The position numbers were made by a program, and so were the translations under genes. The notes beneath the pieces are model-generated. The model did no database searches. It saw only the letters and a list, made by a program, of their open reading frames with translations, and was not told the DNA's origin. From Zootoca vivipara (taxonomy: Eukaryota), in contig NC_083291.1 of assembly GCF_963506605.1 (NCBI RefSeq), forward strand, positions 13,454,001 through 13,518,000: a stretch of DNA of 64,000 nucleotides, in the 5' to 3' direction. Positions 37,002-49,911 of this stretch are shown piece by piece. Within the stretch, counting starts at the first letter, position 1. Each line of letters opens with the position of its first letter.

Positions 37002-39681
37002 ATATAGCACCTTAAGATGTTTTTTTAAATCATGTTTCCACTTTGGGTTGATGTAACCCTTTCTGTTTCTGGTCTGTATTTGGAATCCAGCCCTAATTGT
37101 AACACGAACCCTAAGAACCTGGAATCCATTTTGAAAATGATGAGATTTTGCACAGTGTATTGGTGACAAAAAACCTGTAATAAAACTCAAGTGTCCTATC
37201 TACTAGTGCCCTGAAAACTGCTATTTTAAAGCTTTTTAGCAAAGCTTTCTCCATCACTCCTCCGCCCCCTGCATCCGCACACTATCCAATGTATGATAGC
37301 CCTGTAAACAAAGGTGTTGAGTTTCATGCTGTCTAGCAATTGCAATGTTAAGAAGGCTGAACAGAGGAAGAGGTTCAGGTGTTATGAGCCATATCCTGAG
37401 GAAATTTTCACATCATATAAAATTTTCAGCAGAGCAAAAGGTTTGACAATTAAATTGGAATGAGGCTGGATATAGCAGGCTTCTGGAGGAAGTTAAGTGT
37501 CACTACCTGTATATATGAAACCAGTTCACATTAGTGCACCAAACTGTTACCTGTCACCAATATGTACAGTGAAATCTCTCAGTGATATCAACCTTGCTAG
37601 GCATCAGGAAACCTCCCAAGAAGGCTTATTTGAAAGTCAACAGCTGCCTTCCTTCAAACTCCCACCGACACCGAGTAGGGGGGACTCAGGAGCCAGAGTT
37701 TTCCCCAGAGGTTTCAATGAAGCGCCCCCCCCCCCAAGTTCCCCATTAAGCAGGGAGGAACAACAAGGAACCTCAAGGAGGGTAAGTAGCACAACTGAGA
37801 AGCTCCAGGGATGAGCCATGTTCCCCACAAAAAGGAACATTGTGCTTAGCTATGCATACTCAACCTGCTTTCCTCTCTCAAGTACTAGAGAGCAAGACCT
37901 ACCTGCGAATTTTGAGCAAGAGAAACTGCTCTTGCATTCGAAAGTTTGCTGAGCTTTCTCAATATTTAGTGAAGCTTTTTATGAAATCAGCTCTGAACAA
38001 ACAAGTAATACTTTTAATAGTGTTTGGAAAGCATGAAACGGGAAAGGAAACCGGTCGTGGACTCCTGGAGCTGTGTTAAAAGATGGCTGTGAAATTTCTA
38101 ATTGGTTAAGAACTGCTGGGTGCGTCGGGCTAAAGCAAGAAGCTGTCCTAATGCCAGCTGAATCTCTCTGAAAGTCTAAGGGGTGCCGCCTCTTTTTCTT
38201 AATGTTTTCACATTTGCATTCTGTGCTCCTGCCGGTTCTGTTAGCATTTCACAGGAATCAGATCCATTAAACACAAATATTCTTGGGTCTGATTACTGGC
38301 ATGAATGCATTGGTGACAAAAAATCACTGGGGTACCAGCTGCAAATTGAATGAAGGTTTATTAAGTGAAGATAAAAGCATGCCAAAACAGATGGAAGTTC
38401 CTTTTGGATTTATGAATTCCAGTGAGATTATTTTGCTGTAGTTCTTAGAAAATAAGATGTGAGAGTTCTCAGTTGTGCAGTTAAAAGTGCAGAAGTTGGT
38501 TTTCATCTAGAGTAGCAGTAAAAATCAAAAGTATTGTAAATATAAACAATCTGGGTGGGTAAAACACATTGCTAAACTTTTGATAGTAGGGATACCTTTA
38601 AAAAATTATTGTGGTGGAGGTGCACTTCATTCCTAAAATGAAAATTCTGCATGCATATTTTCTCAATCCTTTCCCAGGAGAGAATGCACTGCTTTCACTA
38701 GTGCTCCTTTGTAGAGATCCGGCTTTGCCCAGAATTCCTCAACAGCTCCCTGCTTTTCCATGGGATTTGACTGAATCCAGTGATTACTGCTACTAGATAG
38801 ACCTTTGATCTGACCCAACAGACCTTTCCTTGTGTTGTTAAGGAAAGGAATGTTTAAGTTGGGTGACCTTTCTGGTGCATTTTCACTAAAAACAGCTTCT
38901 CATGCTACCTGTCGCAATCAAGCACGGATAGCACAGGTGTGTTGTGTGCAGAGTACATCCTGTGCAGTTTACTTTTCATTCCCAGCAGATTTCACTTCTG
39001 AATCCCCTTGCCTTTGTCCTCTGTTGCCATTCACTTGCTTAGAGCTTTTCTTCCCCCAGAACTGAAATCTGCTGCAGCACATTGAGCAGTGCGCATTCCT
39101 CTCCCCTGACTTGACAGAGTGCTCCTGTTGTACATCACTCCATGCTATGGAACGATGCTGCTTCTGCTTCTGTGCCATTTGATTAGCAAAGAGCAACCAT
39201 GTTCTGAGATTTGGATGCTTAATACATTCCATTAACGTAAGGCGCCTTGAAATCTACTGGTAACAACAAACCAGAGGGCAGCCGCAGTGAGATAACGTGG
39301 GCTCTGTGCTGCGTTGGCACACTGCAGGCTGGGAATGCGAATGGGGAGGTGTGGTGTCCTTTTTTAATATATCTTCATTGCTCTCCTTAGCAGAATGCTA
39401 GATCAGCTTGCTCAGTGCTCATTAACTAGCAGGGAAAGCCAGTTCCTCAATTGCATTTGAGTTTTTTATGTGCTCACTTGGCACATGAACATGAAGACCC
39501 CACGCAATGCACAGGCACTGAAACTCATAAGGTATATTCTCTCGAAGTCTTGATAACACATTGCAAAGAATTATACTGTGGGATACAGATTTAGTCAAAT
39601 GGGTATCCACCACCATTTGGTTTTAAATACAGAAGATACAAGTAGAACAGAGTTTTGGTCAATGTGTATTACTGGTAGACT

Positions 39682-40031
39682 GGGACGCAGGTGGCGCTGT
39701 GGGTTAAACCACAGAGCCCAGGGCTTGCCGATCAGAAGGTCGGCGGTTCGAATCCCTGTGACGGGGTGAGCTTCCGTTGCTCGGTCCTTGCTCCTGCCAA
39801 CCTAGCAGTTCAAAAGCATGTCAAAGTGCAAGTAGATAAATAGGGACCGCTACAGCGGGAAGGTAAACGGCGTTTCCGTGTGCTGCTCTGGTTCGCCAGA
39901 AGCGGCTTTGTCATGCTGGCCACATGACCTGGAAGCTGTACGCCGGCTCCCTCGGCCAATAATGTGAGATGAGCGCCGCAACCCCAGAGTCGGTCACGAC
40001 TGGACCTAATGGTCAGGGGTCCCTTTACCTT
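39682..40031 (+). mobile_element. Sauria SINE (subfamily A), full length
   Basis: GGGACGCAGGTGGCGCTGTGG head, CCTTTACCTTT tail, 13-bp TSD TATTACTGGTAGA. Confidence 0.95.
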
Positions 40032-40379
40032 TATTACTGGTAGAGGGCAGGAGCTTGGCATTAGAACTGGGTATTAGAAGCATTTACCCTTTTTCATCTT
40101 GCAATGCTGGAGAGCTTAAACATAGAGCATGAACTTTAGTTATGGTCCTGGAAGACTCTTTGTGATATTCCTTCTCGTTCCAATGTCCAGGTGTGAGTGT
40201 CATCGCTTATATAGATAATGCTGAGCTATGTCAGAGCAGATAATGCTGAGCTTGGTTTCCAGATGGGCACAATCTGATCACAACAGATCATATGTTGATA
40301 TTTTTAAAGCAGAGATTGGATGGCCACCTCTTGTGGATGCTTTAGTTGAGATTCCTTTGTTGCAGTAGGTTGGTCTCAA

Positions 40380-40738
40380 TGATGATGATGATGACGACGA
40401 CGATTTATTTATTTATACCCCACCCATCTGGCTGGGTTTCCCCAGCCATTCTGGGAGGCTCCACAGAATGTTAAAAATGTGATATCAAACATTAAAAACT
40501 TCCCTAAACAGGGCTGCCTTCAGATGTCTTCTAAAAGTCAGATAATTGTTTATTTCCTTGACATCTGATGGGAGGGTGTTCCACAGGGCAGGTGCCTCTA
40601 CCGAGAAGGCCCTCTGCCCGGTTCCCTGCAACCTTACTTCTCGTAGTGAGGGAACCGCCAGAAGGCCCTCGGAGCTGGAGCTCAGTGTCCTGGCTGAATG
40701 ATGGGGGTGGAGATGCTCCTTCACGTATACTGGGCAGA
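40380..40738 (-). mobile_element. L2-clade LINE 3' fragment
   Basis: ORF 40485-40724(-) is near-identical to the C-terminus of 25382-25819. Confidence 0.9.
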
Positions 40739-41732
40739 GGTAATTGGGGTCTCTTCCTACAACTCTATTATTCTATTTTTTAAAAGTGTAACCTATGATT
40801 GTTGAAGTGCACAACTAATAAAGTAACACAAATTAGACCAGCACATGGGTGTAAGTATGCGCATTACCATGTAGGTATGTTTCTTACGAAGAAATGGCCA
40901 TCAAGCAACAGAAACAGACCTAGAATCCTGAACTCTTGAAATTTAGGATTAAGCATAATTTAGGAGCTGCCTTCTGTTTAAAAGAGCTTGGCAAACTACT
41001 CACGCCCGTATAATCCTTTGGCCAATCACAACACTTTTTTCTTCTGATCACGCGGGGTACTAAAGTTAATTTTCTCTTGCAGCAAAGGTACCGCTAATAA
41101 GCAGACAGGAGGATAATGAATGCCAGATGTTATGATCTACCTGACTGGCAATGAGTCCCAAACTAAAGCATAAAAAGCGGTACTTAAGCTGTAGTAGCCC
41201 GGTGTTGGCTAGGAATAAAAAGACGTTTCATAATTGTTAACAGCCATCCTACCAGGGGTGTATTTGATGTAAGGCTGAACTTGTCACCTGTACAAAGGGA
41301 AAGGTGCTAATGAGTGCAATATGGCACATAGTTAGCACAGCGACGGGAAATAGGCTTTTGTTTATTAAGAACAATTTACAGGTTAATAAATGCAATTGTC
41401 AATATTTCAGAGTTGCTCCCTGGAGTTGCTGGTAAAGTATTGCATGGGGTTATGGCCGACATATTCCTCCTCGGAGTTGATGCCTTGGAATTAATGGTCA
41501 TAAGTTACTCTGAGTAGGATGAACTTTGTCTAAAACCCACAGTGCATGATGGGTCCAGGGTGGACCTTCTGAACCCTGGAAGACCCCAACCTCTATACAT
41601 GCATGCATGCATGCACACATCCACGCAAGACTTTATGTAATTATATAATAATTAACTTACTCATCTGTCTTATTGACAGTTACTTCCAATCTGAAAATGT
41701 GAGGGACACTTACAAAACAATTATAATTTAAG

Positions 41733-41910
41733 CAGGGCTCTCTTTTTTTTTTCAGCCAGAGCTCAATGGACCTCAGCTCTGGCACCTCTCAATCTCTCAG
41801 GTGGGCGCCATTGCCATTCTAAGAGAATAAGGGAGAAGTTTGTGGTGAATGAGGTATCTGGCCTGGAGAAAGCCCCACATACTAATTTTTGTTCTGCTAG
41901 AAGAAATAGC
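41733..41910. mobile_element. hAT-type MITE
   Basis: Inverted homolog of 14162-14298. Confidence 0.6.
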
Positions 41911-42740
41911 ACATTTATCGTGCAAGTCCTGGGTCAACCTATCCCTTTTGCTGTGTTTTCACATCTCTCTCAGCAAAGGCTTTTAGCTTCCTTGTTCTCA
42001 TCACAGGCCTTTAAAAGCACAGACAGAAAAGATGGGTAGATTAAGATGTTAATTAGAAGGAAGCAAAGAAATAGCATATTGTTTTGGGAACAAAGCAAAC
42101 GTAAGCCTTAGGAAAGAACTCTTATAAAACAAAAGGGAATCTGGAGAGCCCTGTTTTGGCACGGATGCAGCACAGAGGGTGTGGCAAGATAAGAAAAAGA
42201 AGCTAATTTGTTGCTGGGGGGGGTTACAGTTTTCACTTAGACAGCTATTACTCCACCAGGGAAGGAGGCACCTGACAATCTGAACCTTTGATTCAGAGAA
42301 ATATTTATGGTACTTCCTGGATACCTCTAGGTATTGTGCAAATCGAATAAAAACCTTGCAATAATGCAATAAAAATCCTCTGTGAAACATAAAAATCCAA
42401 GACGGCATAAAACCCAAATAATATAGAAAGACCAACACAATAAAATGTAATACAAATCAGATGAGATACTGACATCCAACCATACTGACATGATCTGAAA
42501 TGGCCTGGAAGAACGGGGGAATCTTAACCTGGCGCCCAAAGGACAACCTTTGCTGCAGAAAAGCTGAAGCATCATATCTAATATGGCCAACTGCTGCATA
42601 AATGGGAATATAATGCATCATTTATGGTGTGAAAATTGGGAGAGGAGGCATAACTCTGCAGCAGTGCACAAGCATTACATGCAAAAGGTACCATGGACAG
42701 TTCCCAGCATCTACCGTATGTCTATAAGGGACTCAGGCAG

Positions 42741-43265
42741 TGTCAAGGAGCTGTCAAGTGTGCCCAGGTCAATGGAATGCCATTAGCTTTTTATTAACAA
42801 AAAATAACAACACAGGGTCCTCTGGTTCGTCTTAATCCAGCTGACACATTTCTGAAACTGACCACTAGTCCCCCTCCGGCCTTCCACCTTGGATCCCTCC
42901 CAAAAAGGCAAATGTGCAGGACTCTCCTTGATCAGGGTGTCAGAGGGGGAGGAGAACCAGCAGGACTAGGACAGTCCTTCTGCTGGGTAGCAAGGTCTGC
43001 TGACTCCTCTCTGTCTGGATCTGCTCTCACACTGTGACGCTCAGCCTCTAACCCTATCCAGGAACGCCCTCCTTTTCCTGAGCCCCCTTGTTTGTTCAAA
43101 CCCCCCCCCCAGCTTCTAGCACCTCCCAACTTGTACCTTCCCCAAACTGCTCTTCAGCATTCCCACCACCACGATCTGGGATCTAAGTCTTCTTCCCCAT
43201 TCTCCCAGAGGGGCTCTTGGGCGGGTGGCTCCCATCACTCTTCCCCATCCAGCCAGTCCTTGACT
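42741..43265 (-). mobile_element. Probable solo LTR
   Basis: Inverted ends TGTCAAGGA...TCCTTGAC; minus-strand AATAAA near 42790; no TSD found. Confidence 0.5.
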
Positions 43266-43479
43266 CTGAAAGATGAGTCAGAGAAGATGATGCTGGGGCA
43301 GATTCACCAATGGTGTGACTCAGTATAAATCTGTGTCATTGGAGTCAGGCTTCAATCACACCAGAGCAGAGATGTTCCCTTTCCTGTTGCAAATGGGTGA
43401 TAGATGCTACAGCTCAGGAGAAAATTGTGATATTGGGGAGCAACTGTGCATTGAAACAAGATTACCTGCATAAATGTAA

Positions 43480-43648
43480 CCATGTTTCTCCAAAAATAAT
43501 ACACCGTCTTATATTTATTTTTCCTCAAAAAAAAAAAACACGGTGGCTTATTTTCAGGGGATGTCTTTATTATTATTATTAAGTATGGTACACTATGATA
43601 TCACAATGGCTTATTTTCGCTGTATGGCTTATTTTAGGAGAAACACGG
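43480..43648. mobile_element. pogo/Tc2-like MITE
   Basis: TIR CCATGTTTCTCCAAAAATAA...TTATTTTAGGAGAAACACGG followed by TA. Confidence 0.75.
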
Positions 43649-45552
43649 TAGTTGCCATGAGAGTGGAATTGAAGCTAAAGACAGCATCCAAAGGCAAGGT
43701 TAGATGTAGACTTTGTTAACTGCATCTCTCTATTGCTGCCTTTCTCTTATATATACACATACACACACATACAAAAGGCAACAAAAATATTCATTTTTAA
43801 AATGCCATGTTAAAAGCAGCTGTGGAATTAGCACACAGCTGTATAATATTCTCTGGTGTTAAAAATGTGTTTTCTTCCCAGCTTTTGATTTTCTCACACA
43901 CGGAAACCCTTGCTGAGACTCTTGAGCTGATCTTGTACACCATTTGAACATGGCTTTGATGGAATCCAAACCATTTTCTCCAGGTCTATCAAAGGCCCAG
44001 CTTGTAACTGTTGTCAGAATCATGGCTTGTATGAAGTATTTCAGCCCGAACTCATTTGTTGTTGGTTGGGGTGTGTGTGTTTTAAAAAAGGCCCCCTTCT
44101 GTGTCACATGGACTTCCTTGCACATTTTCTTCTCTTGTGTTAAGGCTTCTGTTTCATGTAGTCTGGATTCTACTCCTCTCTTTAAAAGAAAAGAAGCAAA
44201 AAAAAAACCCCACACACATGGTTTGTGTTTCCAGCCCTCATTGAAAGCAGTGCTGTGTTTGTTGTGGACGCCAATGAGGGAGAGGGTAGAGTTCCCTTCT
44301 TTGTGTAAGTGTTTTCGATTTGCATTCAGGCTCCCTGTTTTGATAGATAAATACTTCCAAGAAATCCAAGCTCTCGCTTCTTGTTCCTCAGAAGCGACTG
44401 CAATGAAATACCGATAATGCAGAAAGTAAATCTTACTCTCTTTGCCCTCTGATAGGCCCAGACCTTATCTGGTCTCCCTTCACTCCAGTGATAATTGCTT
44501 ATCAACACATGCAGACCTCTCCTTATGATTCTGACACTGTGGCTTGCTGACGCTCACCCTCCTCGGCAAAGGGTGGCGAGCAATTTGGTTCGGTAAATCA
44601 ATTTGTAATGATCATGGTTGCAAACTAGGTGAAGGTGGAATATCATGCACAGTTGATTCTAGTATCTTGGCTGATAATGCCTTTCATGGAGATGGAGGAG
44701 GAAGAGGAGGAGGAGATTGTTTTTTCTTTGTTTTGAACCCTGTCTCTCTGCCAGACACAAGGAGAAAAATCAGGAATGCGCTCAACCAAGATGAAAAATT
44801 TAAAAACACTGGGTTATTTGTTTTTTGAAAGAGTGCTCCTAGCCATGTTGAAGCCTTCACCTACCTTGCAAGATCAAAGACTCAATGATAAGACTCATCC
44901 AGGCAGGCACTCTCAGCTCTTTCATATAAATAAATGAGAGAGTCATTTGTTTACAAAGCTGCTGCTTCATATTAAACGGAGGTGTGGAAGCCAGGTGACA
45001 TGAGAAGTCCCCTTACCCCTCTTGGGTGCAGCAGAGTTGCAGTTGCTCCCACGAGTAAGCCAATATAGAGGTTTTGTCAGCATTTTGATTTTGCATCTTC
45101 ATTTGTGTTCAGAGTCCAGCCTGTCCAGAAATGAAACTAGGAATCAATGGTCCACTTTGGTTTTTCTCCATTTCCCTTTTCCCCCAATCTTAACATCAGT
45201 TTCGTGCAATTTTCTCCTAATACACACATTCTTGCATGGTATTTTTCACTAACACATGTACAGACCTTACCCCTGTATGTACATTTTGTTACATATAACT
45301 TGGCTGATGAATTGCATCTCGAAATTTGGAGAAGTTTAGTTTTTAAAGGATTGCTCTGATTCACTTCACTGTGTTGTTTTGGAGAGTCCAAATTAGGTAG
45401 GTACGGTGCTGTGTCCCGTTGGTGTAGTGGTGATGGAAAAGCAGGAGGGAGAATGGGGGATTGAGGACTGTTAGTTGTGGGTAGTGAGAAAAGTCCCTCT
45501 TTTCATCTGAGGAATGTTGGGGGGTATATATACACCAACTGAAAAATTCATT

Positions 45553-46601
45553 TGTTGTTGCTGTTGTTTAGTCGTTTAGTCGTTTAGTCGTGTCTGACTC
45601 TTCATGACCCCATGGACCAGAGCACGTCAGGCACTCCTGTCTTCCACTGCTTCCTGCAGTTTGGTCAGATTCATGTTGGTAGCTTTGAGAACACTGTCCA
45701 ACCATCCCGTCCTCTGTCGTCCCCTTCTCCTAGTGCCCTCAATCTTTCCCAACATCAGGGTCTTTTCCAGGGAGTCTTCTCTTCTCATGAGGTGGCCAAA
45801 GTATTGGAACCTCAGCTTCACGATCTGTCCTTCCAGTGAGCACACAGGGCTGATTTCCTTAAGAATGGATAGGTTTGATCTTCTTGCAGTCCATGGGACT
45901 CTCAAGAGTCTCCTCCAGCACCATAATTCAAAAGCATCAATTCTTCAGTGATCAGCCTTCTTTATGGTCCAGCTCTCACTTCCATACATCACTACTGGGA
46001 AAACCATAGCTTTAACTATACGGACCTTTGTCGGCAAGGTGATGTCTATGATTTTTAAGATGCTGTCTAAGTTTGTCATTGCTTTTCTCCCAAGAAGCAG
46101 GCGTCTTTTAATTCCGTGACTGCTGTCACCATCTGCAGTGATCAAGGAGCCCAAGAAAGTAAAACCTCTCACTGCCTCCATTTCTTCCCCTTCTATTTGC
46201 CAGAAGGTGATGGGACCAGTGGCCATGATCTTGGTTTTTTTGATGTTGAGCTTCAGACCATATTTTGCGCTCTCCTCTTTCACCCTCATTAAAAGGTTCT
46301 TTAATTCCTCCTCACTTTCTGCCATCAAGGTTGTGTCATCAGCAGTCCAGCCTTTCGCATAATGAATTCTGCATAGAAGTTAAATAAGCAGGGAGACAAT
46401 ATACATCCTTCATGGATCACTGCCTTGTCATGGAGAAGGGGCTTGAATAACTCAGAGAAGCTATGAGCTATGCCATGCAGGGCTACCCAAGAAGGACAGG
46501 TCATAGTGGAGAGTTTTGACTAAACGTGATCCACCTGGAGCAGGAACTGGCAAGCCACTCCAGTATCCCTGCCAAGAAAACTCCATGGACAAAGATAACA
46601 G
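45553..46601 (-). mobile_element. Internally deleted Bov-B derivative (second copy)
   Basis: Perfect 12-bp TSD GAAAAATTCATT; ORFs 45945-46328 and 45627-45905 encode the Bov-B RT C-terminus; same fusion junction as 30879-31950. Confidence 0.93.
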
Positions 46602-47339
46602 GAAAAATTCATTAGGCCCCTCATTTTATCTGTTGTATCTTTTTAAGAATATCTATTTTAGGGTGCCTTCCAGATGGTTATTAGACTACAACTCCCATCA
46701 GCCCCAGCTATCATGGACAACAATCTGGGGTGATGTGAGTTATAATCCAGCAACATCTGAGGGGCACCACATTGCCTTTCTCTGATATTCAGCACAAAAG
46801 TATTCCAGGAGAGCCTTTTCCTTATCTTTACCCCAAGCAAACCCAGCAAGATGCAACCTGCGGGACGTGCCTGAGATGTGGACCTATTGAATGCTGACCC
46901 CTGATCAAAGCTTTAATTAGAAACTTGTTCTCAATTAAAGACCCTGCACTTCTGTGAGGCAATTGCCTAGGAAAACTTGTTGTGCATTTCATTATGATGT
47001 GCAGCTGCAATTTTAAAAAACCTAGGATGAGAAAAGGGGAAGCTTCTGATTTTTAAAAGGGCTATACAGCAAAGGTGCAGAACAAAGCGTGATTCATCAC
47101 ATCACTCAAGTTGGCTTGCAGCATGCAAAGGTGGCTCTTGAGGTTTCTCTTACATGCTCTTAGTCAGTTTTATTGATTAAACCTCAAACCATCAAATGTA
47201 ACATCATACTTTTAACAGGGTTTTTTTTTGTGTCAGTTGTTTCAGACACTTTGCCCAGGCCTGCTCTGGAAAACAAAAATAGTTGCAGTGAGCATGACAT
47301 TGCTACCTCTCCCTGGCACGCACAGATACGCATTCTTAG

Positions 47340-47700
47340 TTTTTTTTGTTTTAATTGTATTTATTAAGGGTTTTCTTGGTTTACAAAGATAAGAGCAATG
47401 TCTCTCTTAACATTTTTACAACTCAGTTTCGTTTGTTGAGACATTGGTGAGGGGAGGGGAAGGATAGTAGGTGGAGGGAGGGAGGGTGGGATGGGGTGGG
47501 TTTTTTCTTGTCAGCAACGCTTGCATAGGTTCTCTGTTGTTCGCTTGTTTTCCTTTGATGGTGAGAGATGCTGGGGTTGGCCTAGGATATGGTTGTTCCT
47601 TTGTGGTTATCTGTGGTGGTCTTTTTTTTGTTTGTAAGCGGGGGGGGGGTGAGTGTTGTGGGTCAGGTTAACCATATTGATTCATATGCTGTTGGTGGGG
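47340..47700 (-). mobile_element. Probable LINE 3' UTR fragment
   Basis: Poly-T/TTTATT at left (reverse poly-A and AATAAA) and strong G/T strand skew; family not identified. Confidence 0.45.
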
Positions 47701-48567
47701 TTTTAACCAGTGAAAAATTAGTCTGTCAAGTGAGCCCAGGGGCTTTCAGGTACCTGGGACAGACAGGCAGGCACAAGTACTCATGCAACACCCAGTGATG
47801 GCCTGGTAATCATCTGTTGCCAATACTTGAGGGAGGATAGCAAGTCTGGGGACTTTGCCTGACACAGGATTGGTTTTGCCGTTATTCAAGAACAGGAGGA
47901 CAGTGGGATGATGTGACAGTACATAATGGGATGCTTACAGAATCTGCCTCTGCTGGGTTTCTGTATTAGTTCTGAGATTACCTTTGCCTGGAATGTTTAA
48001 TGTTGGAATCAGTGAGTCTTCCAAATTTGTTTTTCTGAAACATAGACTTAGAGGCAAACTACAGTAGATGTGTTAAATGTACCATTAGCAACTGCATCCT
48101 TGTTTAAACATTTCAACAGCAGGGGTGTGTTGATTTTAATCCCCCCCCCTGCAGTCATGATGACTCCCCCCAACCCACTGCTATCAGCCTTCAGAAGAAG
48201 AATCGGCACCACAGAGTTGAGAGAGGAAGTAGAAGAGGAATATCACTCATTCTCACTTATTCTTTCTACTTCCTAGTTTTCCAAGCTAAGGTCAGCACCC
48301 AAACACAAAGGAGTGTTGCTGGTAGGAGAGGAAGGAAGGAAAGGTGCTTACTTGTTTGTCCTGGTCTCTGGGAGTCTGTGCTTGTTCTGCTTCTCCTTTG
48401 CCTTGATGGAGTCTGAGCAGGGGCAGACTGTGGTAACCATTTGTAATATGGTGCCCTGTGTGAGGTCAAAATTTGACACCCCCAAATGGATCTTCTCAAT
48501 TATTGATCTTCTCAATTTTTGTACCCCCTTGGCTCAGTACCCTGTGTGGTGGAACCGTCTGCACAAC

Positions 48568-49266
48568 CAGGGCCAACTTTACCCGGGGGCAAGGGGTGTG
48601 GAGCACCTGGGTGATGAATTCTGGGGGGCGCCCAGCGCCTGGCACTGAAGCTGCCTAAGCTCTTAACTATCTACCTGTTGTGAAACAATAAATAATTTTG
48701 ATCAAGCTAGAAAAACAAAATACATATATACCTAGGTATTATCGAAATGTATACCTACTGTTTCACTAAAGGACTTTCAACTTTGTGTGCTCATTTTTAC
48801 CAAAGACGTGCCACATGCCAACGGCGGCACTTGTCATTCACAACGGCGGCACTTGTCAGACTCAATGACAGTGCTTGTCATTCTCAACGGTGCCATGCAC
48901 ACGAAATTAACTCTTACATCAAAATATTATGTTACGTATTGTAATGAACTGCTATGCGGCAGTGGGGTCAGCGGAACCTTTGACAAGACTGATGTTTCTC
49001 CTAAGTAGGTGCCTAAACACTACTTAGGAGTTTAAGTGTGGTGGTGGTGTATACTTAAGTATAAGCGTATTGTAAATAAACAAGCAAATAAAAAAGTTTG
49101 TTTCTTTCCCCTCCCTTCTTTTGTAAACAAGCGACAAGGTGTAAGCGTGGTGTCTGACATAAGCATAATAAAAGTTAATTTGGGGGCTAAACTAAATTTG
49201 GGGGCGCTGGGTGGATCTTTGCACCCCAGCGGCACAGCGCTGTGTGCCACTCTAAATCAGGCGCTG
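48568..49266. mobile_element. ~700-bp hAT-like non-autonomous element
   Basis: Imperfect TIR CAGGGCCAACTTTA...TAAATCAGGCGCTG; GGGGGCGC(C) subterminal motifs at both ends; AT-rich interior; no clear TSD. Confidence 0.6.
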
Positions 49267-49420
49267 CCCTGAGGTCTGTATTGTTTGTTTCTGCTCTTGC
49301 CCTGCCTCCCTCCTAGCACTGAAGAAGCACAAACGCAGAGGCCATGAGCAAGCCGCAGGTGCCCCCCAATAATTAGCTCAGCATTGTCTGAATGGCAGCA
49401 GTGGTTCAGCCTTTCCTGGA

Positions 49421-49911
49421 TGTAAGGGTGACTCCCTACAGGGAGCCAGCCCCCATCATCCTGACGTCTACCTCATCAAGTACAGAGAGCACAAGTACAG
49501 AGAGCAGAGTACAGAGAAGCAGCCAGAGGGGGAGGGAGAGACTCGGAGGAGGAGAGAAATCAGAGGGAGGAACAATGGGAAAGATCGGGGGCAGAGGGAT
49601 GCAGGCAGGTGCCCAGGGATGTTGGAGAGCCAGGGCACCAACCACTCAGGAAGCTGAGAGGGCATTGCTCCTTCCGGCGCAAGAAGTAAGGAGAGCGCCG
49701 GAACGCAGGTCTAGGGGGTGGTGTTTTGGGGTGCCCTGACTACTTTGCTGGCATAGGAACAGACGTACGCCATTGCCGGATTCTGATTTGGGGTGAGAGG
49801 TCATGTTTTAAGCTGTCTCTACACTGTAAATAATTAGCACAATAAATGTCTTTGAAGACAAACTGGACTCAGGCGGAGTTACTCTAGAGTAGCCACGACG
49901 ACCCTCTGACA
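49421..49911 (+). mobile_element. Probable solo LTR (Gypsy/ERV-like)
   Basis: TGTAAGGGT...ACCCTCTGACA inverted ends; AATAAA at 49841; TSD not evident. Confidence 0.65.

Noticed and set aside
48819-48895. 22-bp repeats as a CRISPR-like array
   Set aside because: Units are directly adjacent with no unique spacers, no cas genes are present, and the context is a vertebrate transposon.
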